Assembly (NCBI GenBank): GCA_036172245.1
Contig: JAYWIR010000025.1
Coordinates: forward strand, 1,302,001-1,366,000
DNA length: 64,000 nt
Direction of reading: 5' to 3'
From: Raillietiella orientalis
Lineage: Eukaryota
Shown one piece after another: positions 48,201 through 62,900 of this stretch. The notes under the pieces were generated by a model. It was not told the origin of the DNA and ran no database searches. It worked only from the letters and a program-made list of their open reading frames with translations. The position numbers and the translations under genes are program-made. Numbering within the stretch: the stretch's first letter is position 1; each line of letters begins with the position of its first letter.

Positions 48201-51200
48201 TTCATTCATTTCCGTTCACTGAGCACTATTCTTCTGAGCATTGTGGAGAATCATGGAGTCCTTTTTCTACCGGCAAGTAGCACAAGACGCAGGCTTCGAT
48301 AAGAGTTTTGCTCCAGATGGCTTCCAATGAAGTTCACTCTCAACATATTCAAGATCATTGCTCTTCTAGCTAGCACAGCAACGATGAAACACTAATCTAC
48401 GCACAGCAAACGTGGGCGTTGCTCTGGTACTTATCCGTTCGGTCGGATGCAACGAGGGATGCTGAATGAGATCGTGACACAGCAAACGAGATAAAAATGC
48501 ATCGAAATCTGTTTCAAGAGATGGGAATAGGATCTAGGAGAGCAGGTTTGTCAGCGTGTTTGCGTTGTCTGCGATCTGAAGATATTATTCATGATGACGG
48601 AATAAGCAATCGTCAGGGGATGCTGGGGAATATGGATATGTCCTATCCCGGAGTATGATCCTTGCTCTTCTGCAAGGCAAATGAGCCTCATGAAACGCAT
48701 CCTCTCTAGTAGAAAGTTTCCGATTCTTAGATGAAATGACTGCAAATTGAGATGCTGACGTGGGATCAATCTTTATGCATTTGTTAGTCAGACATCCTTT
48801 CGGTTTTCTGCTGTGCTATTGGATTTCATGATTGAGGTGAGGCTTCATGTCGGAGATGAACGGCTGCCGATCATTGTCAGCCAAGACGTTCCCTAAAAAC
48901 GAAGGCTGCACGTATAACGCGTGCAACATGTGAGCAGAATTCTTTGTGTGCGTTTTTGGGGTTAAAACGCATAGTGTTCGGAGAAGGAAGTTGTGAGCGA
49001 TCATCCAAGTGACTGAATCAAACCGCAATCCATTGGAGAACTGGCAGTGGCTCCATGTGCCAGCAGTGGGTGGGTGCCGTATGACCCCTGGAACAGCCGT
49101 GTTTCAAAAGACGGTCTGGTGCAAACCCTTCATTGAGAAGAAACTCGGTTTTTGCGTCCTTGCGGTAGTTCCTCTCCTTCTTCCCGATTTCGGAACTCTG
49201 GAAAGCAAAGGCAGCCCCCCGGCACAACACCAGCGAGCTTTCTGTTTTACCTTTCCGTTTTTTAAAATTACGCCATTGCCATATGCAAGGCGGGATAACT
49301 GGGAGAGTTGAGATCGCATCTCTCGTTGGCTTCTGCCTTCCCCTGCATCACCCCTTTTCTTTTCGCATTTTGGAAACATCGTTGAAAGAACAAAAAGGAG
49401 AGGACGAATCAGGATGATCCAGAAGTTTTTCAAAAGAAGTGCTCTTCGAAATTCTGAAGTTTGAGACTGACTGAGGGTCTGCGCTTGAGCATCTGCATCC
49501 GCGGTTGTGCAGGGTTGCTTTGGACACGTGTGATTAGATACGAATCGGCCTTGCCAACGTTCATCCGCGAGGTCTCGAAACATTACGTGCGGAATTGCAA
49601 CATTGCATGCTCTTTGTTTTTTTCTTTTCAGAATAATCCTTCTCAGCAGCGATCCTGTACGAGAGAGCAGCTCAAGAAGCGGCCGGACCGGTTTCCACAC
49701 TGCTCGTTGATTAAGAAGACACGAGACACGAGATTTCAGCAGTACTTTGAGAGGCTACGGCCAGCGTTTGCATCCTACCGAGGCGAACGGGGAGTGGAAT
49801 GCGTTCCCTTCGGAGGAGACAGCCTCTGCGCTACGGGAGACGTAGGTGACAGCAGACTGGGCAAGTGGCTCGGCTTCATTAGCTAAAAAGTCCTCCAGAC
49901 CTTCAACTTGAATCCCATTTGATCTGACAGCGAAACCTTTTCGATCTTGGATTTTTTTTCCCCTCGAATGCCTTTTCTTTTCTCCCGCGTCCTTAATCGC
50001 CAGAACGAGTCCGAGATCCGTGGAAGGGAATTCGTATCCTGCATTCGTTTTCATACCGTGATCTCCGCACCAGTAGCAGAGCTTCCTCGAACGTTCTTCT
50101 TATCCTAGGTGGATATTGAGCAACTTGAAAAAATAATAATAATAATAATTGGCGCTCTGGGTTGATTTATACTCCCTGTCATCTTTAATGTGGCTGTAGG
50201 AATGCCATAGCGGCTCAAGGATTTATTTCCATCATCAACTATAGATACGGTTTACATCATGGGCCGTCTAACTTCATGTTTTTTCTTTTTCTTCTTCCTT
50301 CTTACATCTCAAGAGCTTCATTTTAAAAGTCACAGAAGCGTAATTTAAGCAGCAATATTATAAGATTAGTTTGGTTTCAATGCATAGTCGAAAGCTTCAA
50401 GTTGAATTTAAAGCACATTTTTTTGGTGCCCTTTCTGAGAAAGAATCCTGCCAAAATGAAAGGCTCAGCAAGGGCTCATCGGACGGACTCAAAAGAGCAG
50501 CAATTTGATTTTTTTTTTCGCTCGTGGAGGATGAAAGTAGTTCAGAGTCGTCGTTTTTTTCTCTCTGGAACATCAGCAGCAAAGGCAGCATCCACTCGGA
50601 TATCCAGCTGGACTCTTTGTTGCTTCTGAGGATGTTCCGTGTTCACTGTTGTGGCAAGTGTTCGTGGCTAGAAAGCTTCCTCCTTCTTGATCCCTAGGGG
50701 AGTTCCAAGCTTGGAGAGAACGAAGTAGGGCGATGGTAGGTTTGAGAACTTGGATTCACTCCACTCGCAGTTAACCACGGCGACTCCAGCTGCACCTGCG
50801 GCGGGAAGCGGAAGTGAGGATGGAATAAGGTTCCCGCGAGGGGCACGGAGGTCCAGGAAACCACAAATTCTCGCCACCTTGTCTGCCTTTCGGTGAGATC
50901 ATGCGGAAATTCATTTTCCTGAGATCGGATCGGCGCAAGAACTTCTTGTCTTTCGACTCTCCCCCGCCTCGGACATGTCCTTAGCATTCCATTCGTTGAT
51001 CTCTCTGACTTCCTGCTGGCACTTCCGAAGCATCTCACGATTTCGGCTCGCTTATCAAACAACCCTGTGCTTGTTTTGACCGGGTCGATTCCGGTGAGCG
51101 CTCCCTCTGGCGGCTATTTCTTCTTCCGCTGAGGCCGATTTTCGAATTTCCGAACGCCTTCAGTATGGGGTTTTGTGTTTCAGGAATTCTCGAAGCTTCC

Positions 51201-54200
51201 TAAGCGAAACCCTCGCGCACGCGTGTGTGTTCCGTCTCTACTCGAAAAGTGCAGCAACGCTTGGAACCTTCTCCTGTTCTGGACCGTTTATCTCCTCCGC
51301 GAGATCCGTTGATCTTCCGTTGTGCACATCCGCGCACAAGCACGCGTGGGAAACCCTTCGCTGCTTGCACTGGTGAACATTTGGAGCACACCTATGTACT
51401 TACCATTCTCCTACTGAATTCTTATTTATCGTTATGCATTCCTTTCGCATCCGGGTACACCAAGTGTCTTGTGCAAAAAACAAACATCCGCTGGCACATA
51501 CCGTTCCTCCTTATTAAACAGTCAGCCGCCCTTAAACTGTCTCTTGGCTTGTTCTAAAGGCTAAAGTTGCCGTTTCCAAGTTTCTTTTCGTGTTTGGCTC
51601 ACTCAGGGAGCATCATTATGAGAGCATATCATTTTCATAATTCTTCCTTTGTTCCAAGATTATTCCTTTAAAAGTGACGGAGCTGTGCGACTTAAACAAA
51701 GAGCAATGTGTGATTCATGTGCAGTGCGATAAGTGAAGTCATTTCAACTTTTTGTTTTCTTTTGTTTTGTCTTTCTCCTTTTTTTTTTTTTTTTTTTTTT
51801 TTGAGGGGGGGATTTCAGACGTCTTCGAGTTTACGAAGCCGTCGGTTTTTATGTTAGGTGGGTGGGGGATTCTGTTCGTGCTTCATAAAGTCCACCCCAC
51901 GTTTCGATTCTTTGACGTCGAAGCTGCGATCCTCTCTGCGGACCTAAAGAAAAAGCTCATCTTAGGTACTTCCCCCTTTTCACATTTCGGTCGAGTTTCA
52001 AAAGACGTGAAAAAAAAAACTGTTTTATCCGGTGAGGACAAAATATTTTGGACACTGGCTAATGCTGCAAAAGTAATTGCAGCATCCAAGATCGTACCCC
52101 TTTGACATCTTTCTTTTCCTTTTTTTTTTTTTTTTTCTGGCAAATGCTTCCAGCGTGTTTGGTCGAAGGGTCGAAAAACACCGCTACTTGTGCTTTCAGC
52201 AAAGGAGCGTCCCCAAACCGTCTGATTCAGGAGCACAACGGCTCTTTTTCAGAGCGCTTTGCTTCGTAGCGCTACTGGAGGGTGCAGAATGAACGTTTTT
52301 TGCTCTTCCATCTACTGATGCCTCAGCGAAAAAGGCTTCAGGAATGCTTTCATTTTCCTTCTAACACCGATGCTTCCCTATTAGGAAATAAGGATTCTAA
52401 TTCATCTTTTCGTCGTGGACTCTTCATCCGCATGGCTGGATAGGTGCTTCTGTTTGGCTCTGTAACTAATCCTCACCTTCAGGTTCATCGGTGACCAAGT
52501 TGTTTGGGAGGTCGCACTTTCCTCGAATCACCAGCATCTGCAGATGCTGTTAGCTCCCTTGAATAGTTTCGGATGTGCTTTTAAAAAATTCCACGGTTAT
52601 GGCTTTGCTGCTGCTGCTGTTGTTTTTTGCCATTAAGAAGTCTGTGCACTTTGAGCTTGGCAAATGACCCTCTGGATGCTCCCTCGGCTCAGCTCCGAAA
52701 AACAGGCGCTGTTCGCGTTTCAAAGAGGAATAAATCAGTATAAACCAACTGCACTCTATGTACATTGCATCTGTACAGAGCGTTCTTAACTCCACGCTCT
52801 CCAGACTGCTGTTTGTGCAAATGCTTTATTTATGAGAATCTCCATTTCACCAAGCTTTCCAGAATTTCTATATGATTTCTCGTAATGGTGAAAGAACCCT
52901 TGCGACCCTCTCAGTTCTTGGGGAACAAATAAATCTTCATTTGGGAGTCTTCATTCCCCGAGGGATTACCCACCTCCCGCGTGGATCTTTTTAAAAATTG
53001 GTGGTTTCCAGAAACAACCATTTCGTCCTCCGGAAGTGCGAATGGATTAATCGATATCGGAAAACAGAACAGAGAAAGAGTGTGAAGAACAGTCCACATA
53101 TGGGGGGGGGGGGGGAAAGAGGCAGGGGGGAGGGGGAGGGATGAGGAAGTTGGAGTGGAAAACTCTAGCTGCTTACGTACACTGACAGCTGGTTGCCTGA
53201 CAACGTACTCTAGGTCTTCCCGGGGATACCGCTGGCACCCAGCAACACGTAATTGGCGTGACACATGAGAAGCATTCGATGCAAATCTAGACATGAGCCG
53301 AAACAGGCGAAACTGCGTTTTGAGCCACGGCTAATCGGCTCAGTTCCGCTTCGCTTTATTTCTTCGGAGATGATGGAAACTCGGGAAATCTTCCTTCCCG
53401 AAAGGATAACGCAACTTCAAAAGGGAACGCCTGGATCGAAGCAGAGGATACGAAGGGGGAAGCCGAAATGCCATTTTTCAAATTTTAGAGTGTTAGAAGC
53501 GTGGAATTTTCCATTTGGATTTTATCGAAGTGAGCTGATGTCATTGTGCTTTCGAATGGTCGCCATGCAGCCGGTGCACGTCAAGCATTAAGAGCTCCCA
53601 TGAGCTCGCAATCGTCCTCAAACGGCTCCTGCAAAAACCCCGAAAGCACAGCGCTCCACGCTCTACTCAGCGAATGTAATAAAAATCTGTAGTAAAAATA
53701 GGACTTTTAGAATCAAACAACAAGAGGGATCGCATCTGTTCGTGCGTGCAATTTAGATAGAGGTCCGTTGTAGGCGCATCTAAGATCTCGACCAGGAGCG
53801 GGAATTCCTCAGTTTTTCAGTGCTTAGACCTAAGACCAAACAGCGAGGAGGATTTCTGTTAAAGGATTTTAGAATCATGACGCAGAGATTACACCCTCGT
53901 AACGGATTGACATCTATTGGCAGTGCCTACTGAGCGGCAAACTACACATTAGCACCTACTCCTCTCTCTTTAAAGAAGGCTGGAAACTCAGATATTGCAG
54001 AAAGGAGAGGGCCTCCTAGCCGCTGCCTTGACTACCAGACTTTGATCTGAGAATCATGAAGTTTTCCGGTTGCTTTCTTTCCGAATTCCATAAAAATTAC
54101 GCAAGGCATCTGCTTGTCGGTTTTTTTCCTTCTACCGGTACCAATATTGAATTCTGCTGAACATTTTCTCGCTCAAGAAAGATGATAGGACGCTCATAAA

Positions 54201-57200
54201 AGAAAGTTAACCTTTAGAAGTTTTCGGCGCTGCTTTTGGAAATCTGCACAATGTCGAACCCCCGAATCGAATAACCAGCGTTGAAAACAAACATTTCTGA
54301 TCAAATCGAAAGAGCTCATTGATCTTGGATGACGATTTCCTTTTCTCTATGAGCAACAGATTCTCAGAAACAGCAGCCACAAAATCATCTGAATGAGCTT
54401 AGCGGCAATACTTTTCAAAGTGATGGGTCCAAAAGAAATATTTCGTATCCTACCTTGTAAAGACAGCACTGCAGCAATCCGCTTCCGAAGAGGCAATCTA
54501 GAAAGGACTTCTTCATGATGCAGGAAGAATCCTATTCTCCAAAGCTGCATGCGTTATTTGCACTTCTGGGAACACAGTCCTCGTTGATGAGCGTCATTTC
54601 GAGAAATTCTTCCGAAACTTGCTATCCCTCCAAAGGAACTCGTACGGCATGTAATTTAATCGATTGCCAGGTGACCAGCTCGTGTGCGTATCCTTGAGAG
54701 AAAAACAAAGAACAAAACTACAGGAGTGGAGCTTCTGAATATCGTCGAAATATGAGCAGCGTATCTCTTGCAGAATCATCACGACCGTCTTTGCTAAGAG
54801 TGGTATGTTTAGCATTCGAACCAAAATATCACTTTCCATGCACCCTGACTCGCCACACCCACCGTACGGGCATATCCAGAGCATGCTTTTTCGTTGTCGC
54901 CTCGCTCATCCAAGACTCACGACATCGGAGAAAAATGGTGCTTTATGGGCCTTTGGGTTAGCTCGAGATGGTACCTTGATTATACCATCCCAAGATATGC
55001 CACGAGATCATGACGTGGTGACCCTTGCCTTACTTTTCGAGACATGTGCTCATCTCTCGAGTAGGCTGGTTCCACATGAAGGTTCTATACGAAGCGCTGA
55101 GGCCACTGTCAAGTCACCAGACAAAGAGAGAGTCCTCTTTAGGTGAGCCAGGCAACCATCGAGATCCTCGTCGAACATTTTCGATTCGGTGACGAACAGT
55201 GCCCACAGCGCTCCACGTTGAATCTTAAGTGCCCGATGACTTCACAGGAGCTAACCTACTCAGATCCCTGACGACGACTGGAACAGTTGCCTAGCGCGCC
55301 TCGTGAGAACTCTCCGATTCACTTGTTCTCCGCCAACGGAAATGCATTTGGTTTCCCTCCATGAAAGCAAAGAAAGAAATCAAGGGAAGGAAGACAAGTC
55401 CTGTTGGTGGTCCTCGGAAGACGCAAGTGCACCGGCCATCTGCGGTGCCGGTTTCGAAATTGCGACGCGAAAACCACCAGCGCCAGAGTTGCCGAAGGCT
55501 GGAGTGGGGGCGACTTCTTGCTCGTCCGACTGGCATTCGCCTTTGCTCCGGGTAGCAGCGGCAGCACGCGGAACGACAGGCACCCGCCCCCCCCTTCCGC
55601 CCAGCCCAGCGGCTGCGGCGCATGCGTGTTTGTCGTAGGGCGCGCAAAAACGTGCGACGCGGTAGCGGCAGCGAGGCCCAACTTGTCCTGCCTTCTGAAC
55701 TCTCCGCTTGCGGCCTGGGAAAAGCTGCATCCGAAACCGCGCGCGGGAAGCACTGTTTTCACGGAGCGTTACCTGGGAACTGAAACACGAAGGGGGGGGG
55801 GGGAGAACAAAAAAAAAACAGAACGAAGGATAAGCCATACCGGGGAAGGAGGGGATCCGCTTCCCTTTCAGGTTGGCACCAGCTATCCGAGGGAAGGAAC
55901 AATCATCATCCGATTTTCCTCGATAAAAACAAACATGGTCATTACCTTAAGTTTCTTAATGGGTCGATTTGCTGCGAAGGTCGAGTGCTCCGTGTGTCGC
56001 TTTGAGGACGAGGCGGCCGCGGCAATTGCTGTCGGGCAGTCTCTTTCCTGTATGGCGGAATCTACCCTGGAGGCGAATTCGGGTTGTCACACACGCAGGA
56101 TGTCAACCTGAACTTTTAGCGATCCCCTTATCCGCTACACGCTTCCTCCATAAACTTCACTTCGACCACATCTCCGTTTCTTATCTGTGGGTATTATTGA
56201 TCTGCAGCAAGTGAACAACATCAAAGAGAAAGGAAACCAGAAGTGAACAAAGGAAAGCGAGCTGGGGGAGAGGAAAAGGAGGAGCAGGACGACGAGGAGG
56301 AGGAGGAATGGGAGTTGGTGGTCACCTCGAAACCCCGCTACGTGGCTGCCATTGCGAGTGGAAGGTTTCGCGCGTGGCCGCGCGCGTGTTTCTTGTGTGT
56401 TTGTTCAGCGGGCCGGGGTCGAATAAACCAGTGCAATATGAGGCTTTCTCCCCTCCCCCTCCTCCCTTATGTTTTTTTTTTTCCTCTCCCCCATTTTTCT
56501 TTTTTTCATGAGCGCATTCCTGCGTACTTAGGCTCTTGGTCAGCCGGGGGAGAGAGACTCAGTGTGGTCTAAGAGGGGACCAAGATGCGGGTTTCCAGCC
56601 GGAAGTCTCCGGGGGAAAACTCTCCAGCTGATTCTTACCGCATGGTCTCCTTTGTGCCGAGAAAAAAGGTGCAGCGCTGGGGCTTCGCGAGCGAGGCAGG
56701 CAGGATGCCCGTCGGACACGGTGCGGACGGCGAATCCCTAGGGACTCCAAATTGGACGGGATCTCACGCAGAGAGATGGAAGAGAAGACAGATCCGCGTT
56801 TCTGCGGCGGCGACTCCTCTCTTCCCGCTTTCCTTCCGCGTCCTTCCCCCCTTTCGCTGGAGTGAACTTCGCACCGTCGCTGGCTCGCTTCTCGTGCGCC
56901 GGGAGGCTGCGACGAGGGTCATCGTCTCTGGATGACACGGACGGATACCTGCGCGGCGCGATCCCAGGCAGCGCGGTTGCACCGCGCGCGGCGACCACCA
57001 CAAAGCACTGCTACATACCACTCTGGCAGAGAGACCGGCTGTTGTGAGGTGGTTGACTACCACTCACATCCCCTTTCGCCGGCACTCATTAGAATGCTGG
57101 CAGGGTTAATTGGACTGCAGAGGATTAGTCCAAAAGGAAATACTTCCATCAACGTAAACGCGGCCCCATAAAGTGGCGACCTTGATCTTCACGTTTAACT

Positions 57201-59319
57201 GCAGCCAGGAGGATTCGCCCCCCTCCCTTCTCCTCCTCTTCCTCCCTTTCAGCTGCACAGAGGGAAACGAGACGCAAAAGCGGAGTTCTGAGAGAAAACT
57301 GTACGCTCGGGTCCCGGATTCGGGAACCGACTGGCTATCATTTTTCCCGTATTAAAGACGGTGCACTGCTTCGTGCGCGAGTGGCACGACGAGATTGCTG
57401 CCTTCACCCGCGCTGCCTTTCCTGGGAGGAACCAGAAAAACCGTCCTCCACTTTTGTTTTTTTGCCTCGAGCGATTCCTCTGTCGTTTGCGAGCGGGAAG
57501 TGCCACCCCTTCCGAACGTTCCAGAAAAGGCACCCCGCACCCCATCCGTCGCGATTTACAAGCACGTCGGTAGCCATGCTCAAGAATCCTTAGTCATTAC
57601 CTCGAAGGTGCCAAGCAGCACCTGGAGACGACTTCAGCATCATCAAAAGCGCAAGGTTCTACGAAAGATTCAAAGATAATCACATAGATAATGACGGCAA
57701 AAACGAGAATCACAATCACACAGACTGAGATCACATTGATAATGCTAAATTGGGCAAAAACGAGAATCAAAGACTCGAGAAGAATTGACCAAACGGGGAC
57801 CCTGTGCTTCGCGAATTTTATTTCCTCCTCGCTGGACTGTGTCAGGCACTTTGTCAGGATTGAGGGAACCGCGCGCGGCATGCTGATGATGTTCCATGTG
57901 CCACCACAGCGTCCTTCTGCGTAGTTCACTCGCTCCCTGGAGCTGCTTTCCAGACATCCGCTCTGCTCCCAAGCTGCGTTCTGGAGAAAAAGAAAAGAAA
58001 GCGAGGAGCTGAGGTCAGAAGACCTAAATAGTCACCTGAGAGTCAAAACTTCGAGCTTCTGTCGGCTGCCCGTCAGTGTGGCTCAATGCAAAAATGAGAG
58101 GGGGAACTACAGGATTTCATAATCAGGGACGGAAATGACATCCCGAAACTTTTTTTGCCTTCTAGAGAAAGCACTTTAAGGGGACCTGTTTGCATCATCC
58201 CGAGTATCCCAAGTGAATCAACTCGAGAAGAACTTATCACAGAGATCAAGGGAGGTTCGTTTTCGCAACTTCGGCAGACAGAACCCGAGTCATTCAGGAA
58301 ACGCGAGTGTGGATGCAATCAAATGATTTTCTGATCACAATTACAAAGGTCGTTGAACAATCCGTCGCGCGAATTCCCAACGGGTTCGAGAGAGGAAGCA
58401 GGACTCGCGTTTTGAGTAAAGGTAACATTGAGTCAATGACTGGACAGCTGATGGTTGGATTTCGGCATCCTCAACGAGATGCATGAGACGCCAAGGGAAG
58501 TTTCGAGGATTCACTATCAAGGGAAAAGAGCGGATGCTGTCGGTGCTAAAAAAGATCGCAGGCGCCGTCGGCGGGTCATACCGCTTTTAAAAATTCATGC
58601 CATGTTTTTCTATGGATGAAGAACATCGTAGAAGCAGAGAAAAAACTTGCAGACTCTGCTGCTGCCAAATCCAATGAACTCTGTTGCTAGAAATTGCTCT
58701 GTTGAGGATCAGAAAAAAACTACTCAGGACAAAGGTCAAAACTTTTAAACAAATTCCAACGTATCTAAATTCTGAGCACATAATAACTGTGTAAGAAAAA
58801 AAAAAAAAAAAATGAGCGCTCGCATCCGGCTTCTTCCTGTCGCTCAGCTACTTCAAGGGCGACCCGTTTGAGCTGTGGTTTGCAAGAAAATGCTCTTCAT
58901 CTACTGACAACTCTCCTTGAGCTTTGCTCACTGAGAAGACAACTCTGAGGCAAATGTGTGGTAGCGGAAGGGACTTCATGGGCTTGGAAAGGAGTAATTC
59001 AGCATTGAGCGTGAACGGCAAAAGTCTCTGCGTGCTAACCGAAGGACCAGCTGAATTTCCCAAATTGCGAGCCGGAAAAGGATCAGTTTCGTGAGCAGAT
59101 TCTGTCACCGTTCCAACCAGTTTAGTTTTGGTAAGGCTACGGTACCGATTGATGAAAATGGGCCTCTGAAAAAATAGGTATCCACGAAACACATGCAATT
59201 CCTCTCGTAGACACTCCCGAGCAAAGCGTGTCCTACGGGCTGGAGCCGCCAAAACTGTATTCCAGAAGACTGCATACTGACACGGCCAACAAGTGTGAGG
59301 TTGAGAAACTCTACAGGAT

Positions 59320-62300
59320 GAATGGACGGAGGACCATTAGGGTTAATAATGGATCACCAGGAGATCAGATGCCAAATTGATCCCAACTTAGTCGAGAAGC
59401 ATCTCCACGAACAGCTGAAACTCTTGGAAGAAACGGGACAAGACTTGTGCAAAAGTATCTTCTCGGGGAAGAACACGTGTATAACTCCCCTGAAAACCAC
59501 TTTCTTTTCTTCAGAGGGGGTTGCCATGCTGCTAAGAAACGCAAAAAATTCCATCATAGATTAACATCATAGGCCGCAACTGGCACAGTGAATCCTTCTA
59601 GGTTCTTAAGGCATGGACTTGATAGTTTTATCGGATATTATTACACATTCGTGTCTGACTGGTTGTGGGGCACTCAAGCATGTGTAATACATTCGTGTTG
59701 CATTTTTTTTGTTATTATACATATTTTTTTTAGTAGGTCGTTGAGTCAAAGACGTTTGCAATCACTTATGCGTCCTTGGACGAAAGCTCATTAATCAGAA
59801 GTTCATTCTCGAACAAGCCTCCGTGATAAGTTTTCAGATTCAGTAGTTGAACGAGAGTGACGCACTGAAATTCCTTGGCCATCTTGCAATTTCTCCGTCC
59901 GTTCCTGAATGGACCGTTGAAGTTGCTGCCTGTTGTTGAATTCCGTGATGGCGAGAGAACAGGGCAGCACAAGTACCACGCAGGAGGCTGAAATTCACGA
60001 GTCCGCCTCAGCTTTAGCAAGTTTTGAAGAAAAAGCCATTCAAAATATGAATCAGGAGTAAGAGCGATTTTCAGCAAGACAAAAGGACATAATCCTTCCG
60101 AGCAAGCTATGGAAGCGCAGCTTCCGAACGAGGAAGCTTCCCTTCTACGCATCTTACACGCCAAAGGAGCCCACAGCACCTCACTTCGCTCACGGTGCAG
60201 CCAATCGCTTAAAAAAAGGAGGCAAGAGATGCTCGTGATTTTGGCAATGGTTTGGGATGACGGGATCGTGTCTAAATGACCAATTTGGCAATGATTCCAA
60301 GAGAATGAAAAGTTCTGCGTTGTCATCAGCAATCCATTGATTGTGTCAACGTACTGCCTTTGGAAAAGCATTTGCAATTATCATACAGTTTTTGGGAGCT
60401 TTTTTCTTTTCATCTCAGTGCCTTACAAAAGAATTCAAGGTAGGAAAGCAAGTTTAAACTCAGGAATTTATCTCAGGTGACATTCCATTGATGACCGATG
60501 CATCAGAATGCTCTATTCTATTCAGCCAAAGTAGTGTCTCTTCATGTTCTAAGGAAGGGGACTCTTTCCCTTTCAGCAAGTCATTTTCATATTATTTTGC
60601 ATGATATCTCAACTAATCTCATCCTTCTAGCCACTACTGAACTTCTCAGAATGAACAGCAATGACGAAATTTCCTACGCACTTTGTGGATTCTCTGATTT
60701 CTGCAGAACTCAGATATCTCATTCAGCAGAATGATAAGCATCCTAGAATCTTCACGAGCATACAGCATTCTGGAGTCACCACCTCATTAAACCCTGATTT
60801 TTATTATGAATCCTTATCCACCCTTATTATTTCATACTGTAATCCTTACTATTTTGCATATCTTTTTAGGGAGAAATTTTACAACCCTAGGAAGTAAACA
60901 CGGTAAACCAGACTTTGTGGAGGGAACAGGTCAAGGTCGTAAACAGATGAAGAAGAAGGTTGGCACTTCACACAATCCGCAGACTTAGGTCCACTTTCCT
61001 TTTTTTTTTTTTTTTGGCATCATAACAGATAAAGGGTTTCATTTCCCATCAGCTACGATGATTCGTTTGATCTTTTTGACGTCTATGAGATTTCTATTCT
61101 AAGCTGAGAGTCCTAACTGTTTCAGCTGCTTTCGCTTTCATCATAGGTAACTTTCCAAAGTCGAAACCACAATTCTTGACTGTCTTTTGTTTTTTGTTTT
61201 TTTTCCATGGAATTACTGTTTCTTATGAAAGCTGTTTTCGTATCCGAAAACTAGTTTTATGTTGTGCGTATTATTTCACCCCTTCTCGTTCCTTCTTCTA
61301 GTCCTGGTAAATTGAAATCTACTTTCTTCCAATGCCAATGAAAGGCATCGCATGCAATTGCGAAAATAGCAAACGGATCATTCAGGACCTATGGATACCT
61401 CATTTCTTCTCCTAAATGATTCCTTCTCCCAATGATGACTCCTTTGTATTTTGGATCGCTTTATTGTTTTTGTCAAATTTGGTACTTAAAACACTCAGCA
61501 TTTCATATTTCAAATGTAATGTTCGTAGTGTTAGGTGTTTCTAATAGTGTTCAAGGTGCTCCTTGAGCAGCGACTCAGTGAACCAAGCGAACTCTGTCGT
61601 AAGGATTTTCATTTGCCCACGTCCTAGGGGTTTGGATCCAATTTTAGTTTTGCACGCCACACCCCAAGGCAAAAAAAGCTCAGAGAGTTTGCGTCAGCAG
61701 TAATTATTAATATCTACAATAGGATTACATATATGGGAGATAGGAATGCTTCTCTTTCTAAAAGGAAACAATATAAACTCCAAATTAATAAAAGTAAAAC
61801 TTCTGGATACGAGTTCAAAGTCTGAAGGAGCATCTGGAAGGGAAAGCTAAAAAGTGATTTCATGCTGTCAGCACAACCCGAGCACCCCCAGTGCCCGAGA
61901 TACCTAAAATAACTTTCGTTTTGATCCCCACGAAGTCACCAAGTCCCTCTTGGCGATCACCCAACTCCACATGAGTGGCTCTGCCCGACAGACAGCACAG
62001 TTGGCTACTCTGAACACTTCCATACGAGTTCAAGGTGCACCGATACCTCCGGAAGAGGTGAAGCGTGCAATCCCACCTCATTTTCTTGCTTACTGGCAGC
62101 CAAGAGCTGCGAGTTCCAAACTCCCTCAGAACTTGCACCTTTTTCCTGTTCGCCGCTTTTCCAGCAACCGTTCACACCAGTGCAGAGTCTCTTCAGCACA
62201 TTTGCCCATGCCTGAGCATCTGACGTTTGGAGGAGGAGCAATTGCTTTGCATTCCTGAAGCTCTGATCCATTTTCTGAGACATGCCTTTACTTCTTGCAG

Positions 62301-62900
62301 CATGAAGTGTCTTCACCACAGAGCCACAGGGGATAGAAAATTCTTCTTCGCGAAGCGGGCATTTCGTGTGCAACAGGTTGAGGTCCCACTGTCACTCACC
62401 ACCCTTCGCCACGACCCTTGGGAGCTTATAGATTTGCGAAGAGTCACAGAACCCACGGTTCTTCCCGGCTGGCTGAGTGATGAGAGTTTCAAGCCCTCAT
62501 CCTGCTGGAAGGACTCATGGCATGCTTTCCTTTAAATGCAGATATCGAGAGGAAGAAAACTGAAAATTGCAGATCTCGATGCTGGAGGGAAGCTCCCTGC
62601 AGCTGCTCACAAAAGAACGTTTGTCTGTGGCACAATCAATTGTGGAGAGTTAAAAATGAAGACTGAAATGAAATATATCCAGAGGGCTGGATTAAATGCT
62701 CATAAGCAGGTTTGTAGCTCCGAATTCAGTGTATATGGGAACATCACTACCCCAGGATGCATGCTCACAGGACACAGCAGAAAATCAAAAGTCCTAAGCA
62801 TCAACAGCCACCGATCTTCGAGACAATCGTCGCTCCCATCTCAGAAGAACTGCTCGATAGCATTCACCGATGATGGATCTCTGGATACGCAGTTTCTACC
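59320..62900 (+). mobile_element. Possible decayed RLE-type (R2/NeSL/Utopia-like) non-LTR retrotransposon relic
   Basis: RCQIDPNLVEKHL...FSSEGVAMLLRNAKNS (59322-59564) resembles the region before RT domain 0, with weaker remnants downstream (ESGVR, AMEAQL, KPD..GQG). Many stops and frameshifts; by eye only. Confidence 0.3.

Noticed and set aside
57597..57929. Hydrophobic TM-like ORF on the minus strand
   Set aside because: Arises from an A-rich plus strand with a short duplication (ggcaaaaacgagaatca twice); no splice or homology support.
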